This document shows positions 39,903 through 49,162 of a DNA stretch of 64,000 nt, piece by piece. Every line of letters starts with the position of its first letter. Positions within the stretch are counted from its first letter, which is position 1. The DNA is taken from the NCBI GenBank assembly GCA_045606425.1, contig JAZURV010000011.1:3496-67495 (forward strand), given 5' to 3'. Both the position numbers and the translations under genes were made by a program. The notes under the pieces are model-generated. The model made no database searches. It was not told the DNA's origin and saw only the letters and a program-made list of their open reading frames with translations. The stretch comes from Candidatus Enterousia sp. Its GTDB lineage: Bacteria; Pseudomonadota; Alphaproteobacteria; Rs-D84.

Positions 39903-40714
39903 TGAAACTGATTTTGATGGGGACTAACGATTTTGTTGTTCCGGTCTTTGACGATTTGGCAAACAAACACGATATTATCGCGGTTTTTACGCGCGCACCA
40001 AAACCAATGGGACGGAAACACATACTGACCCCGTCGCCAGTAAATACCTGGGCAGATTCGCGTGGTCTGCCTGTTTATACATCCATCAAAGAATTTGATT
40101 CAATCACCGAAAAACCAGACGCGATAATCGTATTTTCCTATGGCGTGATTTTGCGTGATAATGTATTGAATGCTGCGCCGTGTATAAATGTGCACCCCAG
40201 TTCCCTGCCAAAATATCGTGGACCGTCGCCAATTAAAACTGCAATCTTGAATGGCGATAAAGATATGGATGTTTGTTTGATGAAAATGGTTGCTGAATTG
40301 GACGCCGGTGATATTTTAATGCGCGAAAATATCGAAATAGGCGAAAACGATACCAATGCAGATGTGGAAAAAAAAGTATCAAATGTCGCAATAAAAATGT
40401 TGGATAAATATTTACAAAATCCAGATAACTATGCCGCAATCCCACAAACTGGCGAAGTGGTTTTTACCCGCAAATTTACTGGCGATGACGAAATCATAGA
40501 TTGGAAAAAATCGCCACAACAAATTCATAATCAAATTCGTGCGCTGGGGTGTGGACGAACAAAAATCAATGGTATAGATGTAAAGATTTTAAAAACAGAA
40601 ATAAAAAAGGGCGAATTGAAAATTCTGGAAATTCAACCATCTGGCAAAAAACCGATGAATTGGAAAAGTTTTCTAAACGGTCTGCATGGCGCAGATATAA
40701 AATATGGGGAATAA
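39902..40714 (+). CDS. fmt: methionyl-tRNA formyltransferase (short, 270 aa)
   Basis: Immediately after def. NVHPSSLPKYRGPSPI motif. Confidence 0.85.
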   Translation: MKLILMGTNDFVVPVFDDLANKHDIIAVFTRAPKPMGRKHILTPSPVNTWADSRGLPVYTSIKEFDSITEKPDAIIVFSYGVILRDNVLNAAPCINVHPSSLPKYRGPSPIKTAILNGDKDMDVCLMKMVAELDAGDILMRENIEIGENDTNADVEKKVSNVAIKMLDKYLQNPDNYAAIPQTGEVVFTRKFTGDDEIIDWKKSPQQIHNQIRALGCGRTKINGIDVKILKTEIKKGELKILEIQPSGKKPMNWKSFLNGLHGADIKYGE

Positions 40715-40716
40715 AG

Positions 40717-40992
40717 ATGTTGTCGTTGCCAATCAAAAAATACACAGAATCTGCACGCAAAGATAATTTTGTCAGTGATTATGATAATCACGCACAATGG
40801 TGTGAAAATTGTGTTTATTTTGGGTCTTTTCCTGGTTGTTTATATTGGTTGTGCGCACGGCATTATTTCGAAATAACCAAGGTTGGTTATTGTGGTCATT
40901 GTGATGAATTTTCAGATACTAAAAAAATAAACCCTATAAAACAGTGGTTGTTGAAAAGGAATGGTTTCCAATTCAAAAACAAAGTAAGATAA
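40717..40992 (+). CDS. small Cys-rich protein (91 aa), HiPIP-like Cys spacing
   Basis: Start at the ATG at 40717, just after the fmt stop. WCENCVYF...GC...ITKVGYCGHCDEF. Confidence 0.45.
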   Translation: MLSLPIKKYTESARKDNFVSDYDNHAQWCENCVYFGSFPGCLYWLCARHYFEITKVGYCGHCDEFSDTKKINPIKQWLLKRNGFQFKNKVR

Positions 40993-41007
40993 TATAACGG
41001 AAACAGA

Positions 41008-41208
41008 ATGTCAGAAAATAAAAAAATTTGTTTTTATTGCAAAAATTTCTTTTGTACGGAATATCATCATCCGCGACACAGGTTAGTGTGTTCTGGTATT
41101 TTGCCACAATGGGATTGGCTTTATTTTTTGATGCGGGAAGTAAAAGCAACAGATACTTGTAAAAAGTTTATGATAAACAAAATTTTTGAAAATCAAAAAA
41201 AGAGATAA
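41008..41208 (+). CDS. small Cys-rich protein (66 aa)
   Basis: ICFYCKNFFC...VKATDTCKKF, similar in layout to the preceding ORF. Confidence 0.4.
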   Translation: MSENKKICFYCKNFFCTEYHHPRHRLVCSGILPQWDWLYFLMREVKATDTCKKFMINKIFENQKKR

Positions 41209-41212
41209 AAAT

Positions 41213-41428
41213 ATGTCAGAAAACGTCGGTAAAAAATTTTGTAATTTTCATGCAGCACACGTTGTTATTTCGGAATACAACAATAATGGTGAATGCGCGT
41301 GTTTGAAATGTCCTGGTATGGCGTGTCAATCATGTTGGAAACGTAAAGAATTGTTGGAAGAATCAGAACGCAAAAACCAATTAAGATTGGAACGTTGCAT
41401 AAGTTGTTTGAACCAAAAACAAAAATAA
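41213..41428 (+). CDS. small Cys-rich protein (71 aa)
   Basis: Start at the ATG at 41213 (MSENVGKKFCNF...). Multiple CxxC pairs (CACLKC, CQSC, CISC). Confidence 0.4.
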   Translation: MSENVGKKFCNFHAAHVVISEYNNNGECACLKCPGMACQSCWKRKELLEESERKNQLRLERCISCLNQKQK

Positions 41429-41429
41429 A

Positions 41430-42179
41430 ATGACACGATATAAAGTAAATCTTGAATATGACGGAACAGATTTAATCGGTTGGCAAGAAAATACCCAGGG
41501 GCCATCTGTGCAATCCTTATTACAAGACGCAATATTAAAATTTTGCGGTGAAAATGTTGTGGTGTATTCTGCCGGGCGCACTGATGCAGGCGTTCATGCG
41601 ATAAATATGGTTGCACATTTTGATTTAGAAAAAGAACAAGAGCCAGAAACGGTTATGCGGGCGATGAATTTTTATCTGGTCAATTCACCCGTGTCTGTTT
41701 TGAATTGCGAACGCGTCAGTGATGATTTTCACGCGCGATTTTCTTGCGTTCGTCGGCATTATAAATATGTTGTCTTGAATCGCAGCGCGCCGGTTGTTTT
41801 ACAAAAAAATCGTGTTTGGTGGGTGCCACAAAAACTGGATATTGAAAAAATGAAAGTGGCGGCACAAAAACTGATTGGACAACATGATTTCACTTCGTTC
41901 CGCGCCGCCCAGTGCCAGGCAAAATCCCCGATTAAAACACTGGATTCTGTGACGATAACACAAAATGGCGATGAAATAGTTTTTGAATTTTCTGCGCGTT
42001 CTTTCCTGCATCACCAGGTGCGAAACATGGTTGGCACTTTGGTTGAAATCGGCATGGGCAAAGATTTAGATATAGATGAAATTTTCAGGGCGAAAAATCG
42101 CAGTGCTGCCGGTATAAATGCGCCTGCATCAGGATTGTATTTTATTGGTGCTGATTATGCCACGGGCGACGATTTGTAA
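41430..42179 (+). CDS. truA: tRNA pseudouridine(38-40) synthase TruA
   Basis: YKVNLEYDGTDLIGWQ and SAGRTDAGVHA motifs. Confidence 0.9.
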   Translation: MTRYKVNLEYDGTDLIGWQENTQGPSVQSLLQDAILKFCGENVVVYSAGRTDAGVHAINMVAHFDLEKEQEPETVMRAMNFYLVNSPVSVLNCERVSDDFHARFSCVRRHYKYVVLNRSAPVVLQKNRVWWVPQKLDIEKMKVAAQKLIGQHDFTSFRAAQCQAKSPIKTLDSVTITQNGDEIVFEFSARSFLHHQVRNMVGTLVEIGMGKDLDIDEIFRAKNRSAAGINAPASGLYFIGADYATGDDL

Positions 42180-44103
42180 TTTTTACAACATGTCCGTTCG
42201 GATATATCAACAACCCGTCGGTTAAAATTTTCCCATAACAACTTTCGGATTTGATATCAAAAACCGAAACGATAAAATCTGTGTTTTTGTCGCGACAAAC
42301 CTTTTCCATATTGTCCAGAACCGCAGTGAAATTTTGCATGTATGCCAAATTCCATTTCGGCGTTTTATAAACACAAAATCCGTGGTCGCATTTATATCGT
42401 GTGTTTTTATCTGGTTTTATTTCGTTATTAAATTCGTACCATGAATTAAACGCAAAATAGTGTTTTGATGCGCGTGATTTATTAAACTGTAATTTGCCGT
42501 CAACATTAAACGCGACCAATTCATGGTCGCCCGTGGCGTAAAACAAAGGTCGTGGTTGACATGCGTATATGGTGATTCCAACGGAAACAAAAACAGCACA
42601 CAAAACATAATTTACATTTTTCATAAAGAAATTTTTAGAATCTGGTTTTTCAATAATCATTAAAAATAAAAATCCGAAAACAACCAAAATTAAAACAGTG
42701 TTTGAAATATGCGGCATACTTAAATTCGCAAACGGTAAATTTGATATGTTTGTCGCGATGTTTAATGTGAAATTATAAATAGTGTCTGTGATATTTAATA
42801 AATAATGATAACCAAACAATGCGCAAATTGTGCCAACCATAACCAACGGCATAATTGCAATTGAAAATATCGGCAGCAATAAAATATTTCCAATCAAACC
42901 ATAAATCGGAACATGCCCAAAATGCGCGATGATAAATGGCAGTGTCCATATTGTCGCAATTATTGCGGTTTGTATGGATAAATAAACATAATGAATCGCG
43001 CGTTTAAAGAAACTGCGTTTTATATAATTGTTTTTGTTATCAAAAAACCAAATCAGTCCGAATATTGCTGCAAATGATAATTGGAAACCCGCATTCATAA
43101 TTGAAAAAGGATTTATTAAAAATATCACCAGAAACGCCAATGCTGCGTTGCGCAACGATAAAACACAGCGTCCAAAAAGTGTCGCGACAAAAACCAGGGT
43201 TGCCATTAAAAATGCACGCGTTGTTGCGACACTGACGCCGGATAAAAACAGGTAAAATACTAATCCGGACCAGGCACAAATTATCGCTGGATATTTTGCT
43301 GGGATTCGTTTCGATAACGGTGCAATCAAACGAAATAATAAATAAAACAGTGCAAATAACCACCCACCAATCAGTGTCATGTGAAAACCACTGATTGACC
43401 AGACATGTCCGATTCCCACAGATTTCCAAATGTCGCTGTCGTTTTCTGGCAAAACCTTTTTATATCCCAACACCAACGCGTCTGTTAAAACAGAATCTGA
43501 TTTGTTGTGGATAAATGTACGCAAATCCCCAGATGATTTTTGTTTTTTAATTTCATAGTTTTGGAAAAAACCTGTGGCAGAAATTTTATTAAAATATGCC
43601 CAACGCGCAAAATCAAAAGACGCCGGCGTATATTTCGCAGATGGGTGAAACAGCATCGCGTCCCCTGTAATGGTATCGCCAATGTCTGGTATGATATCGC
43701 CATCTTTGATTGAAACACGAATATTCAAATTTTTATCGGGCAAATCAGAATCGATTTGTTTCGCCGGCACAGACAACAATACGCGCGTTGAATCTGGTGT
43801 GAAATCTATGTCGCGCACAGTTGCACTGATTGGAACAAACCCGAACGAATCTTTAATTTGTGGCGTATCGATAAAGTGTGTAAATGACATCGCATAAAAG
43901 AACCCAAACGCAAATAAAGCAATCGCACGAATAAAAACATTTTTGTATCTGTAAATAATTCCACACAACAGTCCTGCAATAATAATTGGAAAACGAAAAT
44001 TTGGTTCTGCACCAACCGAAAAATAAAGCGCCGCCCCAAACGCCATAATAAATGGCACCCATAAAAACAAGTTTTTATACTGATTGTCCAGGAATTCTTT
44101 CAT
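42142..44103 (-). CDS. comEC: ComEC/Rec2-family DNA internalisation channel (no metallo-beta-lactamase domain seen)
   Basis: Start at the ATG at 44103. Polytopic, with the competence-domain block GHVWSISGFHMTLIGGWLF. The 3' end overlaps truA convergently by 38 nt. Confidence 0.8.
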   Translation of the reverse strand: MKEFLDNQYKNLFLWVPFIMAFGAALYFSVGAEPNFRFPIIIAGLLCGIIYRYKNVFIRAIALFAFGFFYAMSFTHFIDTPQIKDSFGFVPISATVRDIDFTPDSTRVLLSVPAKQIDSDLPDKNLNIRVSIKDGDIIPDIGDTITGDAMLFHPSAKYTPASFDFARWAYFNKISATGFFQNYEIKKQKSSGDLRTFIHNKSDSVLTDALVLGYKKVLPENDSDIWKSVGIGHVWSISGFHMTLIGGWLFALFYLLFRLIAPLSKRIPAKYPAIICAWSGLVFYLFLSGVSVATTRAFLMATLVFVATLFGRCVLSLRNAALAFLVIFLINPFSIMNAGFQLSFAAIFGLIWFFDNKNNYIKRSFFKRAIHYVYLSIQTAIIATIWTLPFIIAHFGHVPIYGLIGNILLLPIFSIAIMPLVMVGTICALFGYHYLLNITDTIYNFTLNIATNISNLPFANLSMPHISNTVLILVVFGFLFLMIIEKPDSKNFFMKNVNYVLCAVFVSVGITIYACQPRPLFYATGDHELVAFNVDGKLQFNKSRASKHYFAFNSWYEFNNEIKPDKNTRYKCDHGFCVYKTPKWNLAYMQNFTAVLDNMEKVCRDKNTDFIVSVFDIKSESCYGKILTDGLLIYPNGHVVKITNRRPWHNQHQ

Positions 44104-44147
44104 ATTTTGATTATAGGATTTATTTTGCGCGCCGTGCAACCTATAAT

Positions 44148-44462
44148 TTATTTACCAAAAATAAAATCAGGGTTTGTGGATATCGTGATAATGGTGTCTA
44201 TATCGTCGTTTGGGGCAGAATGCTGTTTTATTGTTTTGCCACATTTTTCACATTTGTGTGTGATTATATATCCGTCCCGGTCTGGTGCAACAGAAATGGG
44301 GCGCATCATGCCACCGCAATCAGACATTCTGTCGCCCGGGTTATTGTCAACATGTCGCGACCAAAGACATTTTGGACAATGGTTAGTATATCCGTTGCCT
44401 AAAACATCTGCGCCACAATGGGCGCAGGTAAAATTTTCAACGCGTTTTGTGAAATTTTTCAT
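44148..44462 (-). CDS. RNHCP-domain protein
   Basis: FTCAHCGADVLGNGYTNHCPKCLWSRHVD...CGGMM pattern. Confidence 0.7.
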   Translation of the reverse strand: MKNFTKRVENFTCAHCGADVLGNGYTNHCPKCLWSRHVDNNPGDRMSDCGGMMRPISVAPDRDGYIITHKCEKCGKTIKQHSAPNDDIDTIITISTNPDFIFGK

Positions 44463-44711
44463 TTACAGCCCCAACGCATCGCGATACATTTTGGTCAATT
44501 CGTCTGCTTCGTCCAGTTCATCTGGGTCCAGTTTGCGCAATCTTATCATCTGGCGAATATATTTAGGGTCGTATCCCGCAGATTTTGCTTCGCTGTAAAC
44601 CTCTTTGATGTCGGCGGCGATTGCAGCGGTATCTTCATTTAATTTTTCAATTCTTTCGATAATACTTATCAACTGGGCGTTATCTATTGCACCGTGATTT
44701 GCGTTTTTCAT
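44463..44711 (-). CDS. DUF2312/GapR-like protein (82 aa)
   Basis: QLISIIERIEKLNEDTAAIAADIKEVYSEAKSAGYDPKYIRQMIRLRK is typical of the alphaproteobacterial UPF0335/GapR family. Confidence 0.8.
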   Translation of the reverse strand: MKNANHGAIDNAQLISIIERIEKLNEDTAAIAADIKEVYSEAKSAGYDPKYIRQMIRLRKLDPDELDEADELTKMYRDALGL

Positions 44712-44809
44712 GACCTTCCTCTTGTTTTTTTATGTGTTTCGTTATAAACTATATGATATATGAACAATTGTAAAAATCAAATTATTTTTACACAGGAAAG
44801 AGAGAACAC

Positions 44810-46180
44810 ATGTCCAGATTTACCAAAATTACTGCGTCCATAGGTCCAAATTGTGAATCCCGTGAAATTTTAACACAAATGATATCTGCGGGTGTAAATG
44901 TGTGCAGATTGAATTTCAGCCACGATACAGGAAATGTCCAGGGTGCAAAAATAGATTTAATTCGCGATGTTGCACATAAATTGGGCAAACCTGTGGCGAT
45001 TATGGTTGATATTCAGGGGCCAAAACACAGAATAGGTGCCTTTGAAACCGAAAACCATTATCCATTAAAAGTGGGGCAAAAATTTATTTTAGATTCAGAC
45101 CCAACGCCTGGGGACGGAACGCGCGTGCATTTGCCAGATACTGATGTTATGAAATCACTGAATATCGGGGACAGAATTTTGCTGAACGATGGCAAGATAG
45201 AATTAAAGGTCGATGCAGTATTTGATGATAAAATTGAAACAACGGTTGTTCGTGGTGATGAAATTTGGTCGCGCCGTGGTTTTAATTTGCCAGATACAGA
45301 TGTTGATACTGAAATTTTAACTGCGAAAGACAGGGCGGATTTGGAATATGCCATCACTAAAAATCCAGAATATATCGCGGTTTCTTTTGTGCAACGCGCC
45401 GAAGATATCGCCTTTGTTCGTGATTTTATTTCACAGCGCACATCGCAACCAATAAAAATTATCGCAAAGATAGAGCGTCCAAACGCGGTAAAGCGGATAA
45501 GTGATATTGCCACCGCGGCAGATGGAATTATGATTGCGCGTGGTGATTTGGCTATCGAGGTTCCTTTTGAAACGGTGCCCGCGATATCTCGCCACATTAT
45601 TCGTGAATGTCGTAAATTAAATCGCCCGGTTATTATGGCGACACAGATGTTATCCAGTATGGTGCACAGCGAATTTCCAACACGCGCAGAAATTTCAGAT
45701 GTTGCAACGGCGGCTTATTTGCGTGCAGATTCAACAATGACATCCGAAGAAACAACCATCGGTGACAATCCAGTCAATGTAATAGAAACCATGGATAAAA
45801 TTTTGTCTTATTCAGATATGGATACGGTTGCAAATCCATACGATTGGTCGCGCCTGGATAATACGCCAGAAAACGATTGGTCGCGTTCTGTATCGTCAAT
45901 GGCACATTTGAACCGGGCGGTTGCCATAGTTGTGTTTGCGCGTGATACAGAATCTGTGACGCAGATAGCCTGTCGCCGTCCCGATATTCCAATTATTGCA
46001 GTTTGTGGTCAAGAATATGTCGCAAATCAGTTAAATCTTTTGCGTGGGGTATTTCCGTTATTTGATGAATACCTGTTCGGGCAAAGGTTGGCATTTGAAT
46101 CTGTGCGCAAATTTGGTATTGGATACGGCAAACTGGTTATTGTAGACGAAGATAAAGTCAGTTTAAGAACAATTGATTAA
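44810..46180 (+). CDS. pyk: pyruvate kinase
   Basis: KITASIGPN...GVNVCRLNFSHD and MIARGDLAIEVP blocks. Confidence 0.9.
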   Translation: MSRFTKITASIGPNCESREILTQMISAGVNVCRLNFSHDTGNVQGAKIDLIRDVAHKLGKPVAIMVDIQGPKHRIGAFETENHYPLKVGQKFILDSDPTPGDGTRVHLPDTDVMKSLNIGDRILLNDGKIELKVDAVFDDKIETTVVRGDEIWSRRGFNLPDTDVDTEILTAKDRADLEYAITKNPEYIAVSFVQRAEDIAFVRDFISQRTSQPIKIIAKIERPNAVKRISDIATAADGIMIARGDLAIEVPFETVPAISRHIIRECRKLNRPVIMATQMLSSMVHSEFPTRAEISDVATAAYLRADSTMTSEETTIGDNPVNVIETMDKILSYSDMDTVANPYDWSRLDNTPENDWSRSVSSMAHLNRAVAIVVFARDTESVTQIACRRPDIPIIAVCGQEYVANQLNLLRGVFPLFDEYLFGQRLAFESVRKFGIGYGKLVIVDEDKVSLRTID

Positions 46181-46193
46181 AAAACAGATATTT

Positions 46194-46457
46194 TTAACGT
46201 TGTTTTTGTATAAAATCGGAACGCGGTGTTTTAATGGTCTTGATTGTTTGATATCCGCTGAATATTGTAGCAAGTGCTGGTATAAAAACAAGAAACGCAT
46301 TTCGCATATCAGGATCCTCAACAAGATTGCATGTGTTTGCCCCTGTGGCAAAAGCTGTTGCCATTGTTGTCACTATCCACACAGTACATGCGCAAGGTTT
46401 TCTGAGTTTTTCGTCAATCTGTGTTAGTTTTTTTTCATCGAAAATTTTTGTGTACAT
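46194..46457 (-). CDS. hypothetical small membrane protein (87 aa)
   Basis: Start placed at the ATG at 46457 with a strong AGAGGTGG RBS. Two hydrophobic segments. Confidence 0.45.
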   Translation of the reverse strand: MYTKIFDEKKLTQIDEKLRKPCACTVWIVTTMATAFATGANTCNLVEDPDMRNAFLVFIPALATIFSGYQTIKTIKTPRSDFIQKQR

Positions 46458-46560
46458 TTTGCCACCTCTTTGGCATTGTAAAATATACAATGTATTTGTC
46501 AAGATATGTTTATTTTTCATGTTGACCCAACCATAATAAATTTACTATGATTTAGTTGCT

Positions 46561-47709
46561 ATGAAGAGAGTTTTATCATTATTTTTGTCGCTGTGTTTTA
46601 CGGTTGATGCTGCCAACGCTGCCGCGCCACAGTATCGGGCTGTGTTGGTCGCAGATATAGATTCTGGACGTGTTTTATACCAAGAAAACGCCAGCGAATT
46701 AAATTATCCTGCATCACTGACGAAGATAATGACATTGTATTTGACTTTTGATGCGCTGGAACACAAAAGATTGCATTTGGACGATTATTTAATTGTTTCA
46801 AATTATGCAGCGAATGCTGACCCGGTAAAATTGGGCTTGCGCGCAGGCAGCAAGATTACCGTTGAAAATGCGATAAAGGCTGTGGCGGTTCATTCTGCGA
46901 ACGATGTTGCGCGCGTTCTGGCGGAAAATTTGCAGGGCGGTAAAGAGGGAAACTTTGCAAATCTGATGACGCGTGTTGCGAATGAAATAGGTTTAAAAAA
47001 TACGAATTTTGAAAATTCTTCTGGATTGCCAAATGATGACCACATGTCAACTGCGCGCGATATTGCATTGTTGTCCATGGCGGTTTATAAACATTTTCCA
47101 CAGTATTGGAAATACTTTGGAATTAAATCTTGGACATACGACGGTAAAACATATACAAACGGGAATCGTTTGTTGGGGTCTTATCCAGGCTGTGACGGTA
47201 TGAAAACTGGGTTCACGAATAAGTCTAAATATTCGCTGGTTGCAACGGCGGCGCGTAACGGACACCATTTGATAGCGGTTGTTTTGGGCGCAGAAAACAA
47301 AGATGTGCGTGCCAGTGTTGCAACAAAAATGTTAAACCTGGGATTTTCACGCGTTGGTGTTGATAACGCAAATTATGTTGTTGCACAACATCAGGTTCAG
47401 GCACACACGGTTGCGCCAACAAACGCGAACCCGATTGCAAAATACGCAACAGATAAACACAGCGAACCAACATATACGCCACAAATTGCTATGGGGGGTG
47501 TCGGGGTTCAATGTGGTGCGTTTTCCAGTTTCCAATCTGCCCAGAATCAGGCGGCGCGTGTGTTAAATGCGACTGGATTGCGCGCAGATGTGCAACAAAA
47601 TGACGCAGGATTATATCGGGTTCGCATAAACGGACTAAACGAAAGTTCGGCGCAAAACGCTAAAAACACTGCTGCTGCAAACGGTATAGATTGTTATGTG
47701 TTTCATTAA
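46561..47709 (+). CDS. D-alanyl-D-alanine carboxypeptidase (PBP5/6, S11) with C-terminal SPOR domain
   Basis: SLTKIMT (SxxK), SAN and KTGFT motifs. The C-terminal GVQCGAFSSFQSAQ...LYRVRINGL...GIDCYVF is SPOR-like. Confidence 0.85.
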   Translation: MKRVLSLFLSLCFTVDAANAAAPQYRAVLVADIDSGRVLYQENASELNYPASLTKIMTLYLTFDALEHKRLHLDDYLIVSNYAANADPVKLGLRAGSKITVENAIKAVAVHSANDVARVLAENLQGGKEGNFANLMTRVANEIGLKNTNFENSSGLPNDDHMSTARDIALLSMAVYKHFPQYWKYFGIKSWTYDGKTYTNGNRLLGSYPGCDGMKTGFTNKSKYSLVATAARNGHHLIAVVLGAENKDVRASVATKMLNLGFSRVGVDNANYVVAQHQVQAHTVAPTNANPIAKYATDKHSEPTYTPQIAMGGVGVQCGAFSSFQSAQNQAARVLNATGLRADVQQNDAGLYRVRINGLNESSAQNAKNTAAANGIDCYVFH

Positions 47710-47719
47710 AGATTGAACG

Positions 47720-48310
47720 ATGAATATAAAGATAGAAAAACTGATTAAACAATTTGCAAAATTACCGCGCGTTGGAACGCGGGCTGCGACGCGTATAGTT
47801 ATCGGATTGTTGCAAGATAAAACGGGGCGCGCAGAATCTTTGGCAAACGCGTTGTTGGATGCGGCTAAATCGATTCATCCGTGTGGGGTTTGTGGTGTTT
47901 TAACAGATGGTGAAATTTGTGAATACTGTGCAGATACATCGCGCAAAAATGGTCAATTGTGTGTTGTTCGCGATTTGTCTGATGTTTTGGTGTTGGAAAA
48001 ATCAGGCGTCTTTCACGGGCGTTATCATGTGTTGGGGGCGATGTTATCTGGCATAAATGGTATCACACCAGACGATTTGAATATTGCGAATTTGCAATCG
48101 CGTATATCGAACGAAGATGTCGCCGAAATCATATTTGCATTACCCAACACAGTCGAAGGAAAAACAACACAGCAATATATTATTTCTGCGGTTGGTGATT
48201 CTGATGTTTCATTTTCTGAATTGGCGTCGGGTGTGCCATTGGGTGGCGATTTAGATTATATTGACGATGGTACATTGACATTGGCATTTGGGGGGCGTAA
48301 AAAATTATGA
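47720..48310 (+). CDS. recR: recombination protein RecR
   Basis: HhH N-terminus, C4 zinc finger CGVCGVLTDGEICEYC, and a Toprim region. Confidence 0.9.
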   Translation: MNIKIEKLIKQFAKLPRVGTRAATRIVIGLLQDKTGRAESLANALLDAAKSIHPCGVCGVLTDGEICEYCADTSRKNGQLCVVRDLSDVLVLEKSGVFHGRYHVLGAMLSGINGITPDDLNIANLQSRISNEDVAEIIFALPNTVEGKTTQQYIISAVGDSDVSFSELASGVPLGGDLDYIDDGTLTLAFGGRKKL

Positions 48311-49140
48311 CGGATAAAGTTTTACTTTTACCCCCAGTGTCAGAAATGATGCGTGAATGTGGACTGGAACCAAAGAAACAGTTTGGGCAGAACTTTTTAT
48401 TTGATTTGAATTTGACATCGCGTATCGCGCGCAACATCCCAGATATTGAAAATACAACTGTGGTCGAAGTGGGGCCGGGACCGGGTGGTTTGACGCGTGC
48501 GATTTTAATGGCTGGGGCAAAAAAATTGGTCGCAATTGAAAAAGACAAAACCACAGAACCAATTTTGTCAAAGATTGTTGACGCGGCAGATGGTCGATTA
48601 AAGGTGATTTTTGGTGATGCTTTAAAAACAGATTTGTCAAATATAGACCAAGATGGTTTTGCGGTTTGTTCAAATCTGCCATATAATGTTGGCACCGAAT
48701 TATTGATTGGTTGGCTGCATAAAATGGCGAACGGTGAAAAAATCAAATCATTGACACTGATGTTTCAACGCGAAGTTGCAGAGCGCATAGTTGCAAATGT
48801 TGGTGATGAACAATATGGGCGATTGGGGGTTTTGTGCAATTTGATTGCGGACACAAAAATATTGTTTGATGTTCCGAACACTGCATTTGTTCCACGGCCA
48901 AAGGTTCAATCTGCAGTTGTGCAAATTATACCAAATGCCAACAAGATAAAAGAAATTGGTGATATAACCAAACTGGAAAAACTGACCGCAAAATTATTTG
49001 GAATGCGCAGAAAAATGATACGCGGAATAATAAAAACAGATTGGGGTCAATACGGTTTAACCGGTACAGAACGCGCCGAAGAAATCGCGCCAACAATTTT
49101 TTTAAAAATAGCAAGAAATATAGATGTAAATTTGCTATAA
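48307..49140 (+). CDS. rsmA: 16S rRNA (adenine1518/1519-N6)-dimethyltransferase RsmA/KsgA
   Basis: KKQFGQNFLFD and VVEVGPGPGGLT motifs. Confidence 0.9.
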   Translation: MTDKVLLLPPVSEMMRECGLEPKKQFGQNFLFDLNLTSRIARNIPDIENTTVVEVGPGPGGLTRAILMAGAKKLVAIEKDKTTEPILSKIVDAADGRLKVIFGDALKTDLSNIDQDGFAVCSNLPYNVGTELLIGWLHKMANGEKIKSLTLMFQREVAERIVANVGDEQYGRLGVLCNLIADTKILFDVPNTAFVPRPKVQSAVVQIIPNANKIKEIGDITKLEKLTAKLFGMRRKMIRGIIKTDWGQYGLTGTERAEEIAPTIFLKIARNIDVNLL

Positions 49141-49162
49141 TACAAACAAACAGGAGAGAGAA

